Assembly: GCA_049324415.1 (NCBI GenBank)
Contig: JBMOOS010000039.1
Span: 20,363 to 84,362, forward strand
Reading direction: 5' to 3'
Length of the DNA stretch: 64,000 bases
Origin: Pseudomonadota bacterium
GTDB taxonomy: Bacteria; Pseudomonadota; Alphaproteobacteria; Sphingomonadales; CAKZYD01
Shown: positions 61,228 through 64,000 of the stretch, in pieces
Layout of the letters: each line of letters opens with the position of its first letter
How positions within the stretch are numbered: position 1 is the first letter of the stretch
Position numbers and translations under genes: made by a program
Notes under the pieces: generated by a model
Told to the model about the DNA's origin: nothing
The model's input: the letters and a program-made list of their open reading frames with translations, nothing else
The model's database searches: none

Positions 61228-61359
61228 GATCGCATCTCCCTGCACGCCATGGCCAATATGTCAGCAAGACCAATGCCAGATTCGTAAAACGCATATTTCT
61301 CAAATCGTTAGCATGAGAAAGGCGCGTCATGGTTAGGAAAATGTAAAGATTTCCAACGC

Positions 61360-62604
61360 TCAAGCGCCAGCCTCGTCCCCTTCTGGGACGTCCTCGCCAT
61401 CGCGCATCCGGGCCGGCAGGAGCGGCAATCCCAGAACGACACGCTTTTCCGCGTCAGTCAAAAAGCTTGCCGCCGCCACCATGCGCCATAAAGCCTCGCG
61501 CTCCGGTAACAAGGCCGGGATGGCGTTGCGGTCGAAGTCGAGCTTCAACCCACCGCCAAAGGCGGGGGCGAGCCAGCGGTCGAGGGCGCCGGCAAGCTTG
61601 CCGAGTAGGGGCAACAGGCTGAGCCGCCACAGGGCGCGGTTGGCTTCCTGATAATTGGCGTAAGTATTGTCGCCGGGGATGCCCAACAGCATGGGCGGGA
61701 CGCCGAAGGCGAGCGCGATGTCGCGGGCGGCAGCGTTTTTGGTCGCGTGATAATCCATGTCGGACGGCGAAAAGGCCATCTGCTGCCATTTAAGGCCGCC
61801 TTCGAGAAGCAGAGGCCGGCCGGCGTTGCCGCTGCCTTGGAAGTTTTCCTCCATTTCTTTTTTAAGACGCAGGAACTGCTCCTCGCTGAGCGCTGGCGCG
61901 CCGTCGCGGGGCTCGAAAACGAGCGCCCCGGAAGGCCGCGCCGCGTTGTCGAGAAGAGCCTTGTTCCAGCCATCCACGGCGCCGTGGAGGTCGAGGCCGC
62001 GGGCTGCGGCATCGAGGGCTGAAAGACCCAAATGGTCGTCGAGGGGATCGAATTCGCGGATATGCAAAATTGACGAGGCGCCGCTAATGGGATCGACGGG
62101 AAAACGGTGCTTGGCGCCTCCAGCGCGGTATTCATAGGCCTCCGGCCAGCCGGACGCGCCAGCAAGGATATGCATGCGGTCGGGCCGCAGCACATGAAGC
62201 TCCGCCGGCGCCCCCTCGCTGTCATCGACCCGCTCGATGAAGGCATCCCCCGCAAGCAGAAGATAGCCAATGAGCGCTTCGATGAATTCCGCGCCGCCAA
62301 GCAGCGGGTTGGGCCGTCGCAAAAGATCAAGAAGCGGGTGCTGGATCAGCGCCCGGCCTTCCTGCTCAAGCCGCCAGGGCACTGCGGCGATCGATTGGCT
62401 GACGATCCGCACGCAACGCTGGACCACGGGATTTTCCGCCATCCCGCGCCGCACGAGGCTGGCATAAGACCGCCCCGACCATTGGGCGCCCATGCCAGCG
62501 AAAAGCCATGTTTCAAGCCGCGCCGGCGCGCCGCCACGCGCCGCGCTCGCCTTGGCTTCCAGTACGGGTCGCGGCCGCCGGAAGGGATTGCCAAATATCG
62601 CCAT
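61360..62604 (-). CDS. phage portal protein, HK97 family (RcGTA g3 type)
   Basis: ...NP.V.RCV..I...IA.VPW.L......... .HPLL.LL.RPNP...G..F.E......LL.G.A. and ...GW.....Y. 414 aa. Confidence 0.92.
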   Translation of the reverse strand: MAIFGNPFRRPRPVLEAKASAARGGAPARLETWLFAGMGAQWSGRSYASLVRRGMAENPVVQRCVRIVSQSIAAVPWRLEQEGRALIQHPLLDLLRRPNPLLGGAEFIEALIGYLLLAGDAFIERVDDSEGAPAELHVLRPDRMHILAGASGWPEAYEYRAGGAKHRFPVDPISGASSILHIREFDPLDDHLGLSALDAAARGLDLHGAVDGWNKALLDNAARPSGALVFEPRDGAPALSEEQFLRLKKEMEENFQGSGNAGRPLLLEGGLKWQQMAFSPSDMDYHATKNAAARDIALAFGVPPMLLGIPGDNTYANYQEANRALWRLSLLPLLGKLAGALDRWLAPAFGGGLKLDFDRNAIPALLPEREALWRMVAAASFLTDAEKRVVLGLPLLPARMRDGEDVPEGDEAGA

Positions 62605-62692
62605 GTGATGTCCTTGCCCGCTTGGGATATGAAAAAGACTATTGGCCCTTGAAGGGGGTTTGAGGTCCGGCCCGGCGTTTCAAGACGGGCTC

Positions 62693-64000
62693 TTAGCCGA
62701 GCCGCCGCACCCGCGGCGCGGCGGCGGCCGATGCGCCCATCAAGTCGGTCAGCGCCCAGACCAGCGCGTCCATGCGGTCGGGGCTCGCCTTGCCGCCGGC
62801 CGGCGCAAAGCTGCACATCTCATCCTCGAGTTCCAGCATGAGGCCGACATGATGGACCTGGCCGCGCTCGTAAAGCGCCGCCACCGGCTCGGCGCGGATA
62901 AGCTTGCCGCGGCTGGCGCGCACCGCGCGATAAGCGACATGGGACGCGCAGGCGCGCAGCACCGCTTCCACGAGGTCGCCGCCATTGTTCACCTCCGCCA
63001 CCAGCCGGTCGGCGCCATGGCGGTCATAGGCGGCGACGGCGCGTTGGCTCCAGCCTTCGGGGCTCAGGCCCTGCACGCTGTCGTCGGCAAGGACATAGAA
63101 ATGGCCGTCCGGCCCGAGGCCAGCAGTGACAATGCCGCAGCGATCGGAGGTGGCATGGCTGGTCACTGGCGGGTCCACCGCCACCACCACGCGCATGAGC
63201 GGCGGCGGCGCCTCGACGCGGTAGGCGTCGATCATGTCTTGGCGCCACAGGGCGCCAGCGTGATCCTCCAAGAGCATGCCTTCCAGCTCTTGCCGGCCCA
63301 AGCGCGTGCCCTGATAGCGCTCGCGCATCTGGGCGATGAAGCCGGCCGGCAAATGCGTGGCATTTTCCCAGGTGGTTCCCCGGGTGACGACGGTGGCGGG
63401 GGCGGCAAGAAGATTGCGCAGCAAGGCCATGGGCCGCGGCGTCGTGGTGACCAGAAGGCGCGGGCGCGCGCCCAGGCGCAAGCCCAGCAAGAGGTTGGAC
63501 CAGACGGCCTCGGCGCGGTGCCATTTCGCCAGCTCATCGCCCCAGGCAAGGCCATGCTGGGGGCCGCGCAGTTGATCCGGCTCGTCCGCCGAATAGAGGG
63601 TGGCGACCGCGCCGTTGGGCCAGACGAGGCGGCGCCGCGCGGCTTCGAAGCAGGGCCGTTGCCCGGGCGGCGCGCAGGCAAGAAAGCCGGATTCGCCCTC
63701 GACCAGGATGTCGCGGCCATCGGCAAGGCTGCCGGCGACAAGGGCGATGCGCGCCGGCGCGTGCCCAGGCGCCAAAAGCGGGCTTGCCCCTTCGACGAAG
63801 CGACGGACCCATTCCACCCCCAGCCGCGTCTTGCCAAAGCCGCGCCCGGCAACCACCAGCCAGCAGAACCAATCGCCCGGCGGCGGCAGTTGCTTGGGCC
63901 GGGCCCAAAAGCGCCAGTCATGAAGAAGCTGGCGTGCGGCGGACGCATCGATATCGCTTATCACCGCGCGCCAGGCGGCGGGACCTTGGCGCACCAGCCG
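62693..64000 (-). CDS. phage terminase large subunit (RcGTA g2 type), 5' end at or beyond window edge
   Basis: LL.DW.FWARP.Q..P.GDW..WL..AGRGFGKTR.G.EWV (Walker-A-like) and a C-terminal RNaseH-like nuclease region. The frame stays open to position 64000. Confidence 0.9.
   Translation of the reverse strand, partial: RLVRQGPAAWRAVISDIDASAARQLLHDWRFWARPKQLPPPGDWFCWLVVAGRGFGKTRLGVEWVRRFVEGASPLLAPGHAPARIALVAGSLADGRDILVEGESGFLACAPPGQRPCFEAARRRLVWPNGAVATLYSADEPDQLRGPQHGLAWGDELAKWHRAEAVWSNLLLGLRLGARPRLLVTTTPRPMALLRNLLAAPATVVTRGTTWENATHLPAGFIAQMRERYQGTRLGRQELEGMLLEDHAGALWRQDMIDAYRVEAPPPLMRVVVAVDPPVTSHATSDRCGIVTAGLGPDGHFYVLADDSVQGLSPEGWSQRAVAAYDRHGADRLVAEVNNGGDLVEAVLRACASHVAYRAVRASRGKLIRAEPVAALYERGQVHHVGLMLELEDEMCSFAPAGGKASPDRMDALVWALTDLMGASAAAAPRVRRLG

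Larger units (their letters stand above)
46784..64000 (-). mobile_element. RcGTA-type gene transfer agent-like (or GTA-related defective prophage) head-tail structural cluster, 5' end beyond window
   Basis: Uninterrupted co-directional series of phage head, neck and tail genes in the RcGTA order, with mostly 1-8-nt overlaps or short gaps. No integrase, repressor, replication or lysis gene is seen. The downstream flank is an ordinary OmpA gene. Confidence 0.85.

Noticed and set aside
61070-61363. 97-aa ORF in the portal-protease spacer.
   Set aside because: Poor composition (Arg/Ala/Gly/Asp runs) and no SD. It overlaps the more plausible 60-codon ORF in another frame.

Overview
High-GC (roughly two-thirds G+C by eye) alphaproteobacterial chromosomal segment; I cannot assign the order with confidence. 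Positions 1-46.6 kb are densely packed core genes in a familiar alphaproteobacterial order: rpmA-GNAT-obg-proB-proA-nadD-rsfS-rlmH-envC-ctpA-yibQ-like-rppH, then cysK-like, purD, xseA, pmbA, a MarR/peptidase/hydrolase group, a DevA/FtsX/HlyD-type ABC exporter, mscS, tadA, rluB-like, rsmD, mutL, lspA, ileS, ribF, an orphan cheY, an EAL protein, tauE and OmpA-family proteins. Positions 46.8-64.0 kb (minus strand, running off the window edge) hold an RcGTA-type gene-transfer-agent-like head-tail cluster: large terminase, portal, prohead protease, HK97 capsid, connector, adaptor, DUF3168, TP901-1 tail tube, GTA chaperone pair, short tape measure, DUF2460, DUF2163, NlpC/P60, host-specificity protein and DUF2793. 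This cluster is the most interesting part because it departs from the canonical GTA layout in several ways. (1) The DUF2460 distal-tail gene carries a ~575-codon in-frame N-terminal module, yet keeps a perfect GGAGG Shine-Dalgarno plus ATG at its canonical start. (2) The host-specificity ('megatron'-type) gene lacks the large central module that RcGTA g15 has. (3) Three translationally coupled extra genes sit between capsid and connector. (4) A small 2-TM protein is inserted between the tail chaperones and the tape measure. (5) There is an extra HK97-gp10-like gene. (6) A 458-bp lower-GC spacer with a tiny signal-peptide ORF lies between portal and protease. I saw no tRNA, rRNA, CRISPR array, IS element, integrase or lysis cassette. 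Many long ORFs in the six-frame track are antisense or out-of-frame artefacts of the high GC content, and several track ORFs have spurious N-terminal extensions that I trimmed to the homologous start. All family assignments come from my own motif and sequence recognition. No database search was run.
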